Part shown: in pieces, positions 39,943 to 53,428 of the stretch
Layout of the letters: every line of letters starts with the position of its first letter
Position numbering within the stretch: position 1 is the stretch's first letter
Source: Octopus sinensis
Lineage: Eukaryota
Direction: 5' to 3'
Length of the DNA: 64,000 nucleotides
Assembly (NCBI RefSeq): GCF_006345805.1
Contig: NC_043003.1
Span: 72,850,001-72,914,000 of the forward strand
Translations under genes and position numbers: made by a program
Notes under the pieces: generated by a model
Told to the model about the DNA's origin: nothing
Seen by the model: only the letters and a program-made list of their open reading frames with translations
The model's database searches: none

Positions 39943-40052
39943 AAGCCAAGATTAACATATAAAGACGAGGCGATAAAGAACATGCTTCGTGTTTACATGT
40001 AAACACGAGGCATGTTCCTTATCGCCTCGTCTATTTATGTTAATCTTAGCTT
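39943..40052. repeat. 110-bp palindrome without spacer (55-bp arms, 5 mismatches)
   Basis: Centre GTTTACA|TGTAAAC at 39997/39998; arms paired base by base. Confidence 0.93.
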
Positions 40053-41168
40053 AACATAAATAACCAGCATAGATAACCATCTGGCGGAAGATCTGCCTGG
40101 GGTTAAGCTAGTAGTAACATGGAAAGCCACTTTGATGTGGCAATTAACTTTACTTGTTACACATACACACACACGCACACGCACACGCACGAGCGTGCGC
40201 GCACACACTCACAGAAAATCTGAGGGGATTAGAAAGGAAAGCCTGTGTTAAGGTAGATATTTTGTATACCTTTTTTAAATAATTAAAAAAAGGAAAACAA
40301 ATTTGGATAATATCTAAATACCTTAAAAGCTCAAATAATTAAATATTTATTTGGTTAATATTACTGCTTGTAGAATATCATCATAAATCTAATTTGTGTT
40401 ATTTATATAATAAGAATATAAAATTTTATCGCCACGTCGTTAACCTTAACTCTTAGAATTCTTTTAGATCTAATGGGCAGAAGATTACGCATTCTATTAT
40501 GATGATATTAGTATCTCTACAAGTCTCAATCGATGATATTAGTAGTTAAGCTTTATCTGCTGAGCATTATCATTTCATTACCCAAGGTTTCACTTAATTT
40601 AAATCATACCTTTGTTCTTGATTAAATGGTTGAATAATTCTAACGAAGTGATGATGATGATAATGACGACGATGACGATGATGTTGATAACGATTTTGAA
40701 AATAATAATTAAGATAATTACAAAATTCAGAACTATTCGCTCGCCTATTTATTTATTCATATAATTATTCATCTACTTCACTTATTCATTTTACTTCCTT
40801 AAGTGATGCTTAATAATGTATGTTTATGCTTTAAACCTTTCACTCATTGACCTATTTCTATAAAATCTGAATAACAGTTAGTGACGATCTAACGATGCAA
40901 TATATACCACATAATGATGATGATGATGATGATATTAGAAAGAATATTTATTGTTAAATCAAGATGTGTTTATATTTCATTTATTTGTTCACTACTACCA
41001 TTTATCTTATTTTATTTCATTTATTTGCTTATTTGATTTATTTAATTTCATTTAAACATTTTTTTCCTTCTTCCACATTTCCCATTTTCTTATGTATGTC
41101 TTCTTATCTTTAATTAGAGGAACTGCTCAATTCAGTGACATCTATAGATCATTATTTTGCATCAGTAA

Positions 41169-41379
41169 GGCGGCGAGCTGGTAGAATCGTTAGCACGTCG
41201 GGCGAAATGCATAGCTGTATTTCGCCTGCCGCTACGTTCTGAGTTCAAATTTCGCCGAGGTTGACTTTACCTTTCATCTTTTCGAAGTCGATAAATTAAG
41301 TACCAGTGAAACACTTGGGTCGATGTAATCGATTAGTCCCCTCTCACCAAAAATCAGGCGTTGTGCCTTTATTAGAAAG
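41169..41379 (+). mobile_element. SINE family A, near full length
   Basis: GGCGGCGAGCTGGTAGAATCGTTAGCACGTCGGGCGAAATGC...GTTCTGAGTTCAAATTTCGCCGAGG. Confidence 0.88.
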
Positions 41380-41820
41380 TAATATTTTGCCTCACAAAAC
41401 ATTCTCTGTCACTCTTCCTCAATAGGCTCCACTTGTTCGCTTGCCTTCTCTAATACCACCAATCGTTTTGTCAACACCACCATCTTTATCCTCACCAAAT
41501 AAATCAATGCTTACTGGTCAGCCAAATTAACATGCAAAGGATCACCATCTTTTCATATCCGAAAACCGCCACACACAGAACCGCGCATGCACGCACATAC
41601 ACATAACTTTTCCTTATTGTAATACAAATGAATAAACAAATATATCGATTCTATATCTTATATCTTATATTGAGCATTTCTTTGTGATTAGCCAAGATTT
41701 GTTTTACACGGAAACAACAATTATATATGTACATGCACAGGCACATTTATGCATAAACATGATGAAGTAGACTGCAAAGTAACTCTATCGCTCTCTATCC
41801 ATATCTACCCCCACGCATTG

Positions 41821-41897
<77 letters not shown>

Positions 41898-42684
41898 ATA
41901 GTAAAAGTAAAAAAGACGAGATGTCTAGGTGAAAATTACAAACGATTAGGTTTACGCCTCCAAAAAGTAGAGGCTCTTACGTTTCGAGTAAAAATGGAAA
42001 AAAATGGAGAGAGAAAAGTGCAAATGTGTCCCAGTTAGAGAGTCACTGCATGCTGGAATGACCGGAAGTGGAAGAGGTCGCTAGAGGCGTGAGTGGCAAG
42101 GGGTAACTGGTGTATGTGTGTGTATTAATAAACGCGTGTCTCTATATGAAGCTCTTGTGTGCCGGTATAATTTGTGTTTGTACATATGTATATATGTGTG
42201 CACGCGCGCGTGTGTGCACAGGGATACACAGATGTATATATATATATATTTGTTTTTATGTTAGAATAAAACAATCTTATACTAAATTAGAAGATTATTC
42301 AATACTTTTGATAGAGTAAAAATTTATCATTCGTTCATAAGAATAGTACTGACAGCGACTTCGAAGTTTCGGACTGTCCAATGATGGACTTAGTTGGCTG
42401 AAAGTGCGACATCTCTGTCAATACTTTTCAGTATAAATATATATAGATATATATAGTGTGAAGTGCAATAATAGAAGTGAAACTATTGATCACTTTCTAA
42501 CCGGTCACAACTTGCGACTAAATGATATATTATTGCTCAAAAAATTGTTTCAGAATGCACTTCTATTCAGACTCACCGACAAATGGTCGATTCTTCACGC
42601 TTCCCGATTGTGAAGTGTATAGCAATAGGCCACCACGTAATTTATGTTTTATAACTGCTTCACCGGTTAAGCACAAATGTTTTT

Positions 42685-42980
42685 TAATGCGCCCTTTTCA
42701 AGCCTAGCCAGGCTCATGGGCCCGGTTTCCCGGTTTCTGTGGCGTTTGTGTTCTCCCCAGCTGGACGGGACGCCAGTCCATCGCAGCGATACCCAAGAAA
42801 CAGGAAGAGAGAGAGAGAGAAAGTTGGGGCGAAAGAGTACAACAGGGGTCGCTACCACCCCCTGCTGGAGTCTCGAGGAGCTTTAGGTGTTTTCGCTCAA
42901 TAAACACACACATCGCCCGGTCTTGGAATCGAAACCGCGATCCTCCGACCGCGAGTCCACTGCCCTAACCACTGGGCGAA
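42685..42980 (-). mobile_element. SINE with family C head and an alternative 3' module
   Basis: Head CCCAGTGGTTAGGGCAGTGGACTCGCGGTCGG...; tail TGCGATGGACTGGCGTCCCGTCCAGCTGGGG...GGGCGCATT. Confidence 0.8.
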
Positions 42981-42997
42981 TTGCACATCCACTAAAT

Positions 42998-43249
42998 AAA
43001 TGCGCCCTTTTAAAGCCTATCCAGGCTCATGGGCCCGGTTTCCCGGTTTCAATGGCGTATATATTTCCCAGCTGGACGGTACGCCAGTCCATCGCAGAAT
43101 TACTCATTTTTTCCCGCTGAGTGGACTGGAGCAACGTAAAATGAAGTGTTTTGTTCAGGAACACAACGCGTCGACCGGTCCAGGAATCGAAACCACAATC
43201 TTACGATCATGATGCTGACACCCTAACCACTAAACCACGCGCCTCCACT
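42998..43249 (-). mobile_element. SINE with a different tRNA-like head (family D) and the same 3' module as its neighbour
   Basis: Head GGAGGCGCGTGGTTTAGTGGTTAGGGTGTCAGCATCATGATCG; tail TGCGATGGACTGGCGTACCGTCCAGCTGGG...GGGCGCATT. Confidence 0.8.
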
Positions 43250-43329
43250 ATGCACATATACGTAGTCACAAAGTACACTCTCTTTACGGACATGGAATTA
43301 TACAATCTTAGTTACTCAGTATAGCCACG

Positions 43330-44590
43330 CCATCAAATGAACTCTGCACGAGGACTACATGAGGATGCTACTCAAGAATAAGGCGCATGAAATAGAAGGT
43401 ATACTTCAATAACCAAGCTACACTACCCTCGGAGGTTAACAGAATCAAAGACCTCGAGGTCTTCGAGGTGGACCTACTGGATATCAGCTCCAAACTGAGA
43501 ATCTGTAAGTCTCCAACCATTTTCAGCACAAGCTTTCTTCCAATATACGTCTCCTTAAAAAATCAGATTGAGCTTTACTGTTTTCCGATAAAACAACAAA
43601 AAAAAAACCTTTATAGAGAAGATGCCATCATGTTTCATAGGCAAAATTATAGACTAGCTTTACAGCACACATAACATACCGTAAACAACGAAGCCAAACC
43701 GCTAACCAATAATCTAGGAATAGAAGAGTTAGCAAAGGAGAAATGCTTTTATTGTCATCAAAGATCACATAGTGAAATTCGTCTCCAACGGCAAGTGCCG
43801 CCTAATTAACTCAGATTAATCGGAAATTGGGCTGGTGAGCAAGCATATTTTGAGATAAACGAAGACATAAGGAGAGCATCCAGTCCCTCCTTACAGCGTA
43901 ATATCAATGAAGTTATTTCACGGCGGCGTAATACCAATGAAGTTATTTTATGGTTTCAGGCAAGTTGTTTCATGGTTTCATGATAGAGGCAGTGTAATAT
44001 TACCCCAGTTCGATCAAGTGGACTTTTATCCGTCGCTATCGAAAGGGTTACTAGTTAGGACACTGATATTTGCTAGGGTATCGACTGATGTTAGGGACAG
44101 GTAAATAGAAGTATTAATGCATGCCAGGAAAACCTTGTCGTTCAACAAAGTTTCGACCTGAGTGAAACAAACTGAGCGAGCAGGTTTCTACGATATGGCG
44201 ATGAAAGCATTCGATAGCGCAGATTTTTGCGACCTCATAGGATTATATATATATATTGGATTTCTTAGCGAAGTATTTCCTATAGAGATGACGCTTTGGC
44301 CTTTCCTAGAGGCGCAAACAGGCACATCTTAGATAGGCTTAGATCCCTGGTCTTAAGGTTAGAATTGAGATCAACCTTACCGTAGTTAACTTTCTTGATG
44401 TTATGCCCGATGTGGGTACCTATCGTAATTCAAACAAAAGGCTGTCTTACATGAAAACGGCATCTTGCCACCCACCTATTACGTTAAAAAAACCTGATGA
44501 ACGGTGTCACTAAAAGGATATCCAACCCGACCTCGAATAAAGATATTTTCCACACTGCGGTCCCCTATTACAAAGAGGCTGTGGCGACCA
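43330..44590 (+). mobile_element. Penelope-like element RT region, pseudogenised
   Basis: KDHIVKFVSNGKCRLINSD*SEIGLVSKHIL, QFDQVDFYPSLS, HARKTL, YRDDALA, VNFLDV, CHPP and KRIS. Confidence 0.88.
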
Positions 44591-44822
44591 TATACGTTCA
44601 TAGTAAAATAAAGAAAAATATAAAAAAGAGGAGAAATAGTTGCAGGTATGAGGTGGGGTTAAGAAACTCGCAGTTTTGTCCCACTGCGTGACACCTTGGG
44701 TATTTTTTACTCTAAACCTCGGTCTGATTAAAGCTTTGTGTGAGTGAACTCGGGAAACGGAAACTGTGTTGGCAGCCCGTTTTGTCTGTCTGTACGAGTA
44801 AAATATATACATATGTTTATAT

Positions 44823-45060
44823 CAGTGGCTCTCAACCGGGCTTCATATGGTCCTTAGGGGTCCATATGAGATTTTGTTGTTAAAATTTATCTGCCATAAA
44901 TTGCTTATACTTCTACAATGCACAAAATATTTTAATGATTTTTTAAATGCAATTCCTAAAAGTATAATAGGATTTTTTAAAGATCGAATGGCTAGATGGT
45001 CTATCCGAATAAAATAGGAATGAAAGGGATCCATAGATACAAAATGGGTGAGAATCATTG
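44823..45060. mobile_element. Putative hAT/Charlie-like MITE (238 bp)
   Basis: Imperfect TIRs CAGTGGCTCTCAACC and GGGTGAGAATCATTG. No 8-bp TSD could be recovered. Confidence 0.5.
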
Positions 45061-45069
45061 ATAAAGGTA

Positions 45070-45362
45070 ATAACTTTAGGAATTTTTAGAGGTTTGGATG
45101 ATTCACCTTTGGAAACATAGGTGGTTCGTTCAATATCCTTAAACAATCCTTATTCAGGGACCTTTTGAGTGGGATGGGCGACTAGACCAGCAGAAAAAAT
45201 TCTAACTGGGCCCCACCTGCAAGGTCATGCGCTGTTTATCTTGACATGAGATCACCATGTCACGCACATATGGTTATGATACATGAGCCTGGTGTATCCT
45301 TATCAGACGGGTAGTCATGATGGGTATACTGGGCTTCGTATATTTTACCCCTGTGTCACTCA
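45070..45362 (-). mobile_element. Unclassified dispersed repeat ending at (TAA)n
   Basis: 45255-45360 is the reverse complement of 53235-53343 with high identity, and the repeat abuts (TAA)n at 45362. Confidence 0.75.
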
Positions 45363-45393
45363 ATAATAATAATAATAAGTTATATAAGTATAT

Positions 45394-45434
<41 letters not shown>

Positions 45435-46028
45435 GTTATATAAGTATATATATATATATATATAGATACTTATATAACTTATATATATACGTACATACAT
45501 ATATACATATTCACACATCCACACATACGCACGCGCACACACACAGGCATATATGAAAATACTCGGATATACATAGCTACGGAGAAAGAGATATAAAGAG
45601 TTAGAGACATACGTAGACAGATATAATTATATACAGGATATATATGACTATGCCTTTCTTCATAGATAAATCAAGAGCTAAATAAGTTCTTCACAGTTAT
45701 TGATAAGGTGCGGCATTGAAAAATGTTTTTGATTCACTTAATACGCTTGTAGATGAAGCGATGTTGATGCTTCTAGACGGATTCTTCGTTAATTTTCATT
45801 TAAGTGTAGGTATGGAATTATGTTTGATAAAAATATAGAGACCAACGTAGTCTAAACATATATTCTGTATGCCAGCATACATAAGCATATACATACAGAT
45901 ACCTTAAGATATATGCATATACGTATGCTTTATTCGCACCTACATACCTGCTGAAATTCATGCGTGTGCACATATATAATAGTCTCTTAATATATGAATT
46001 TCTTAACACGCAATATGTAAGTATACTC

Positions 46029-46222
46029 ACATACATACATACATACATACATACATACATACATACATACATACATACATACATACACATACATACATAC
46101 ATACATGCATACATACATGCATACATGCATACATACATGCATACATGCATACATGCATACATGCATACATACATACATACATACATACATACATACATAC
46201 ATGCATACATACACACATACAT
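46029..46222 (+). repeat. (CATA)n/(CATG) microsatellite
   Basis: Direct reading. Confidence 0.95.
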
Positions 46223-46268
46223 GTATACATCTATCTATCTATCTATCTTTCTATATAATCAACATGTA

Positions 46269-46302
<34 letters not shown>

Positions 46303-46453
46303 CTTATATAAGCAGATATATATATATATACATATATACTCATATATACAAACATATATACATATATATCTATATCTGTCTATCTATCTATATAGATGTA
46401 CGTCTGTATATAAACGCGCAAATGATCGATTAGATTGGCAGCTACACAAAGAA

Positions 46454-46489
<36 letters not shown>

Positions 46490-46515
46490 GTATATACTTA
46501 TATAAGCAGATATAT

Positions 46516-46547
<32 letters not shown>

Positions 46548-48708
46548 CATATATACATATATACTCATATATACAAACATACATACATATATATCTATAT
46601 CTATATATCTATCTATCTATCTATCTATCTATATAGATGTATGTCTGTAAATAAACGCGCAAATGATCGATTAGATTGGATGCTACACATATTAACATAC
46701 ACACACACGTACGCACTTACAATACACGTACGTAAATGCACTGACGCATACACACTAGTGCATATATACCAACTCGAGTTTATACATTCATGTATACGAA
46801 CAGAATTATGAATATGAATAAAAATTATACTTATTGTACAGGCTGCCAGCAAGACATTGAAAATATTGAAAGCTAAAATTATATTCAAGACTGTGTGTCT
46901 CCATCTACTTATTGTTATCTTAATCCAAATGAATTGATTTAGATACCAGCTATTATTTTATTACAGCAATCTGAAAAACTAATAATAGATATACGAACAT
47001 GCATATATGGGGAGCATATTTTTCTTAGGTATATATTGTAACTACGATCACGTGGTCACTTCATCTTTTCTGATCAATTTATTTTTTTGGATATTTTCGT
47101 ATAAGTTCTTGTAGGTCGTTAGGTATAGTAAAGTTCCTAAATCCACCATCAACATCTCTAGACATTCATAATTTCATGTTCGGAATTTGATATTATTTTC
47201 CTTTACTTTTATTTGCAGCCAGTTTAGGCTCTCTACATGTTTACGCTGGTTTTGTTCTATGTTGTTTAGTAGTTTACTTTCGCAATGAGCTTCGCAGAAG
47301 AGTGACGTGTTGTCTTCCAATGGTTTTCCTATCAGTTCATTTTGTGTTGTTTGCAACAATGCTTTGCAATCGCGTTTTCATATTCAAACAAATAAGAAAA
47401 CATTTCGATCTTGTTTTTCTTTATTTACAACAGGAGATTACAATAATTCAAGGAAAATGTTGCTTCAGGTTTAACATTAATATATTAGGGTTACAGTTTA
47501 GGATTTAGGACTAAGGTATAGTGTTCAGGGTTAGAGTTACACAGAATGGGGAAAATAATAAAATAATTAATGAATGCTTTTCATTATACACACACTTATA
47601 ATGTCCAAAATTTAAAAAAAGTGAAACCCGGCACAAAACAAAACCAAAAAAAAGCAAACAATTATATGGAAAAATGCCATAAGAAGAAAATGTATGACAG
47701 GAGGAGGTTTTTGCACATCTTAATCGTGTATTCTATTAATATATTGATTGGATTGTCCCACTGGTGTATTAAGTAATATTATTGAGTAATATAGTTATTA
47801 ACAATTTGTATACACAAAAGGGAAAATCCGTGGAACCGTCCGCCTTACTTTGAAGACTGTGTAGGTATACCGTCACAAGCAGAGATTGGGTGTAAAATAT
47901 CTTTTGTCAGTGAGTATTTCATAATGCTGAGTAATATAAGAGTAGTGGTCAAGAATATAGAATATGACACACATAACAAACTCGGGGTCGTATTTATAAG
48001 GCAATATATGTTGTTAAGAAGCGCACAGATAGCTAGAAATATTATGTGATAGGGAGAGGTTAAAATAGTCTTGTATTTCGTTGTGACTTCTCAGGGCCAC
48101 AAGGCCATTCCAGGACTGCGTTGCATTTTGGGTGCTGAATCAGAGTTAAGAAAAGTGACGGTGAGGGAAAAGAAACCAGTTTTTATATAAAGGAGAGCAA
48201 AAGCTACTTGGGAGATTTGTGTCCCGAAGAATTTCAAAATCGAAGAAATAATGAAGAGGTTCTAGTTGATGCCCTCGAAATAGTGGAGGAGTTTATTTTA
48301 ATCTGGGTCTTTGAAGCTAATGATAGAAACTCCTTCATCTGGGTCATGGCCAACAATAGTAGTGAATGGTAAACAATGAAAAGCTGCAGTTCAGTGAAAG
48401 GCCAGAAAAACTGCCATGTCGTTGACCCCAGACAGTGTGACGCCTTCTCGTAACTGATGCTATCACTTCATCGTCTGAGACAATAGAAACATAATACAGA
48501 CCAGAAGGGAGCGGACAATTAGTGGAAAAAAGAGGATGGACCAATGGCGAAAGGCGTGCCTGACTTAATGGGAATAAAATACCAGAAAGGGAGAAAGACG
48601 ATGACGACAACACTGACATCAAATTCAACATCGTTGACAGAAAAGCAGAATCTTATTAACAAAATGGCGGAGAAATATTGGAATGCCTATATTTTAGATG
48701 TACTAATG

Positions 48709-48868
48709 GGCGCAGGCGTGACTGTGTGGCAAGAATATTGCTTCCCAACCACAACGTTCCGGGTTCAATCCCACAGCGTGACACCTTGGGTAAGTGTCTT
48801 TTACTCTAGCTTCGGGTCGACCAAACTTTGTGAGTAGATTTGGTAGACGGAAACTGAAAAAGTATGTC

Positions 48869-48931
<63 letters not shown>

Positions 48932-49155
48932 GTGTGTGAGTGTATGTTTGTATCTGTATCTGTCTCCTCATTATCACTTGGCAACCGATGTCGGTGTGTT
49001 TGCGGCCCCGTAGATTAGCAGTTCGGCAAAAGATACCGATAGAATAAGTACTAGACTTACAAAGAATAATAAGTCCTGCAGTCGATTTCTTCAAATAAAA
49101 CCCTTTAAGGAAGTGCTCTTGCATGGCCGCAGTCAAATGATTAAAACAAAAGAAT
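48709..49155 (+). mobile_element. SINE family B, near full length, with internal (TA)n
   Basis: GGCGCAGGCGTGACTGTGTGGCAAG...GGTTCAATCCC...ACACCTTGGGTAAGTGTCTT...GCATGGCCGCAGTCAAATGA. Confidence 0.88.
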
Positions 49156-49969
49156 ATTATTAAAAGTTAAAGCAAAAAGATCCAGCAGACGAACTCTAGT
49201 GCAATCAGTGGCAGAAAAGCGGAATTGAAAGTACTCTCGTCAGGGTAGGAAATTTTAAATATATGTTTTAGAGTAACATCACATTTTAATTACATTGTTT
49301 TTGTAGTTATGTTAGTTTCATTATATTTTACACACTTTTCTAAATAGTCTTTCTTTTTCTTGTCTTACGTTAGTAACAGATACTCGTTTATATATAGCGT
49401 TGCCAATTTAGCACCATAAATTTTTGTTACCATTCTGCATTTTGCATGCCATATTTTGCAAGCTTGAATGAAATTCATCGTTATTATTCTTAGTTTTTAA
49501 AATAAATAAATATAGAATGATAATAATATCAATAATAATAATGATTATTGTTGATGTTATTATTATTATTATTGACTACTCTGTGTTGCGTTTATGATTA
49601 ATCGATATGAATTCACCATTATTACAATATCTGTTAAAGCAGCATAGTTCTGTCCTTCAGACAAATCTTGACTGTGTCTATGAAGACTCGGATTTATGAT
49701 TTTCTTTGACAATAGAAATCTATATGAACTTCTTTCTTTTGGGCTTAGGCTGAAGTAACGAAACACGTGTTAGGTTCCAACATTAACAAGCGTTTGTTTG
49801 CCGCTGGTTAACCCCATTGTATCAAAGTTAAAGCAGGTTGTAAAGAAGATTGATTTATAGAGTATTGGTATCAATACAAATGCTAGCCTCAAGTGTTTCA
49901 AGCCCACAATCTTATGTCTTACATACTTTTGGTTAGGTTATTAGTGTGAATATCGATGGAAAATATGAG

Positions 49970-50011
<42 letters not shown>

Positions 50012-50396
50012 AATCAATATTCATACAAATACACACATGTGTGTGTGTGTGTGTATGTATACACAAGCTTACATATACACCTGTGAATATGTATATGTGT
50101 GTGTATACATACATATATACATACACACAAACACATTTATTCACTGGATATTGGTTTTTTTTTGTCTGCTTGACACTTTGGCAGACGAAATACAATTAGA
50201 TTAATCAAGAATGAAAAAAAAAAGGAAAAAGAAACTTATTTCTTAAGATGAATTATCAACGACTCATGAAAGAGAGAGAGATTGAGAGAGAGGGAGAGAA
50301 AGAGAGGGAGAGATGGAGAGAGACTGTTGGTTTCGAAAAGACACGAAGAAAAAGGAAGGTAAGTAATGCTGTAATTAATATATATATCTACATACT

Positions 50397-50441
<45 letters not shown>

Positions 50442-50491
50442 ACAAATATATTTGTACACACACACATATATATATATATATACAAATATAT

Positions 50492-50551
<60 letters not shown>

Positions 50552-51078
50552 ATATATACACTCATACATACATCATACATACACACACACACACATATAT
50601 ATGTATATATATGTGAAGTTTATTTTAATTAGATTTACAGCTCAATGCTTACCAATAACTCTTAGAAAGAAACCGAGATAAACATAAATATAAATTAAAT
50701 AGTAAATTCCAATAAATAAGAAGTTTTCAACTACCTTTTTGTTGTTGAAGGTTTTTGTTATTTTTGATTACCTTTTTTTTAAAACTTTTAATTGTTTTTG
50801 GAATAGACTCAGATATCGGAATGAAGTTATAAATTTGTGCAAATTTGAAGAAATAATCTAGTTTGACTAGATTCTCTGTGAAATATTCGTCAAAATTACA
50901 AAGTACAAAGTGAAAATAATATAACGAATGCATCATATACATATATATGCACACATATATACATGGACTTATACATAGAGACGCGCACATACACACATAT
51001 CGACGTAGTTCACCTCTATCAACTCAGTCGCATAAATACACACGTATATGTATATACATATATAGGTATATATACATA

Positions 51079-51146
<68 letters not shown>

Positions 51147-51540
51147 TATATACATACATATGTGTGTGTAAGAACGAGAGAGAAAGAGAGAGAGAGAGTG
51201 TGTGTGTGTGTATGTGTGTGTATGCATGTATATTTAGTTGGATGCATGAACTAAATAAAAGCAATATGAATTAAAAGAAAATTCAGTTGAAATCGAGATA
51301 TCGGTTGATTTGATAAACGTTCATGTTGCTTGAGATTTTCGAGATATACGTTATATTGTTGACAGATACTGCTACACTAATTATATTAATGATTTAAATA
51401 TATTAGTTAGCAACACAAATTTGGAATACACCGATTCACCGATTTGGTTTCTATTCCCAGTTGTAATTATACAAAAAAAAAACACTAAAAAAAACAAACT
51501 TAAATATCATTATTATTAAACGTCGTCAAATCGGTGTGTT

Positions 51541-52980
51541 GCAGTTGGGTTCCTGGAGAGGCAGGACGATGACATCAGACGGCGTCGTCGGACGCTAGAC
51601 CAATGGACCAATTAAAGTGCTTGGGCTCTGGTTTGGTTCCGACCTTCAGATTGATAAGAACTGGGATGAGGTGGAGACCAGGGTGGCCAGTCTTACCCAG
51701 AAATGGGCTGAAAGAAAGCTGGCCCTGAAAGGTCGGGCTGAGGTGGCGAATGCTTACATCGCCTCTGTTATCATTTATCACCTTACTACCGTCATGCCTT
51801 GTCCCGGTTATTGCTTGACCAGGCTGGAGCGTTTTTATTTAAATTCTCGTGGAAGGGATGCGTTCCAATGGTCAGGCGGTCAGTATGTTGTGCATTAGGT
51901 ATGCCACGCTCTTGGGTTACGTCACCTGCAACAGTGAACGTGTGTGGGCTCCGTTTGTGAGGCACGTCTTTCCGCAGCGCGTCTTCGTGACGGAGCTGCA
52001 GTAATGGGTGAAGAAAGGACCGAGACTAGGTACCTGGCACATAGAATGTCGTCAGGTGCTCACAACCCTCTACCAGTCGGGGTATGGAATCGATGGATGT
52101 TCCGCTTTAAAAGTTTTTAGAGTATTAGAGGCGGGGAAAGTGCGACGATGTTCTCTGGGAAACTGTGGGCGCCGACGAGAAGGAACTGACTAGTCTATTT
52201 CGGAGGACTTTCATAGATTTCGGAGGAACTATCATAGATAATTTCCAGATGTTCTTGACCTGGCAGTGCTACCGGGGAGAAGGGGCGCTATCGGTTCCAG
52301 ATAAACTCTACAGGCATGGATTTGCTGTCAGACGGACTTATCCAAGGTGCGCACAGAGTGACGAAACCGTTCTGCACGCCCTCGTTCAGTGTCAGAGCAC
52401 GTCTGACTTGTGGGATTGAACAGCTGCTGTCATGTTTGGGACGGATCCGTCTGTCAGCCGAGTCTGTAGTGATGATCGCATCGCCGCCCTCCTTCAATCG
52501 GGCAGGCAAGGCAGTTTTCCTTTGCCTGGTGGCTGTAGTGAAAGAGGTTGTTTGGTGGACAAAGCCGAAATGTATGAGGACAGATACATTCCTCTTTGGC
52601 AGAGCTCTCATTGACCCTTCAAATTTCACCTGAAAACGAAATTGAGAATGGAGAGGGAAGTGCTGTCCTCAAGTGAGTGTATTGAAAGGTGGTTGAAAGT
52701 TGTGAAAATGGCAAGAGTTGATGTTACCTCTCTAAGTGTAGATCTGTGAATCGGAGAGAAGGAATTGGAAAGGGTACTTGCTCTTAGGGTGTCAGGGAAA
52801 TCTCGGACAGTGGGGTTCCTCGATTATACCTAGAGGTCTTCCTGTAACAGGAGAGTCACATCTCTGTCATCTTCATCGCCATCTTTAAACCTTTGTATGA
52901 TATGCATATGTCCCTTCTTTTCCAGCGTATACTTACTTCTTTTTTATCATTTCATTATAGGTCAACTCCCACACTTTATA
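51541..52980 (+). mobile_element. Tx1/L1-clade LINE, 5'-truncated, pseudogenised
   Basis: PIKVLGLWFGSDLQIDKNW...KWAERKLALKGRAEVANAYIAS (RT thumb) and zf-RVT-like YPRCAQSDETVLHALVQC, followed by a 3' UTR. Confidence 0.88.
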
Positions 52981-53127
52981 AATTATTTACATTATTTACA
53001 TTTGACGGATATTTGTACTCATCTTGCTTGTTAACATAACGTTTCGGCTGATATACCCCCCAGCCTTCATCGGGTGTCTTGGGGAAATTTCGAACCTGGA
53101 TTCTCATTCCCAAGGTATTTTTCGATG
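52981..53127 (-). mobile_element. Putative Penelope-like terminal repeat with a decayed hammerhead core
   Basis: Minus strand reads GACAC-CCGATGA-AGGCTG GGGGGTATAT CAGCC-GAAA-CGTT-ATGT. Confidence 0.6.
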
Positions 53128-53154
53128 TTATTATTATTATTATTATTATTATTA

Positions 53155-53190
<36 letters not shown>

Positions 53191-53206
53191 CATTATTATT
53201 ATTATT

Positions 53207-53387
53207 GAGTAAGAGAGCAGTTCATGCCATCAAAGTGACACTGGGATAAAATATACGAAGCCCAGTATACCCATCATGACTACCCGTCTGTTAAGGGTAC
53301 ACCAGGCACATGCATCACAACCATATGTGCGCGACATGGTGATCTTTACCCTAGTGCACTTCGATGGCATACACTGCTCTCTCACTC
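53207..53387 (+). mobile_element. Short element with about 44-bp imperfect terminal inverted repeats, between (TTA)n and (TAA)n
   Basis: GAGTAAGAGAGCAGTTCATGCCATCAAAGTGACACTGGGATAAA versus TTTACCCTAGTGCACTTCGATGGCATACACTGCTCTCTCACTC. Confidence 0.7.

Positions 53388-53428
<41 letters not shown>

Noticed and set aside
41955-41995. CTCGAAACGTAAGAG on the minus strand, resembling half of a PLE hammerhead
   Set aside because: The CUGANGA half is absent, so no ribozyme fold can be supported.
47130-47480. Possible Penelope-like endonuclease remnant on the minus strand (also 49560-49960)
   Set aside because: The motif resemblance is too weak to distinguish from chance.
48080-48690. GC-balanced stretch that looks like a decayed retroelement
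   Set aside because: I could not obtain consistent diagnostic motifs in any frame, so it is left unclassified.
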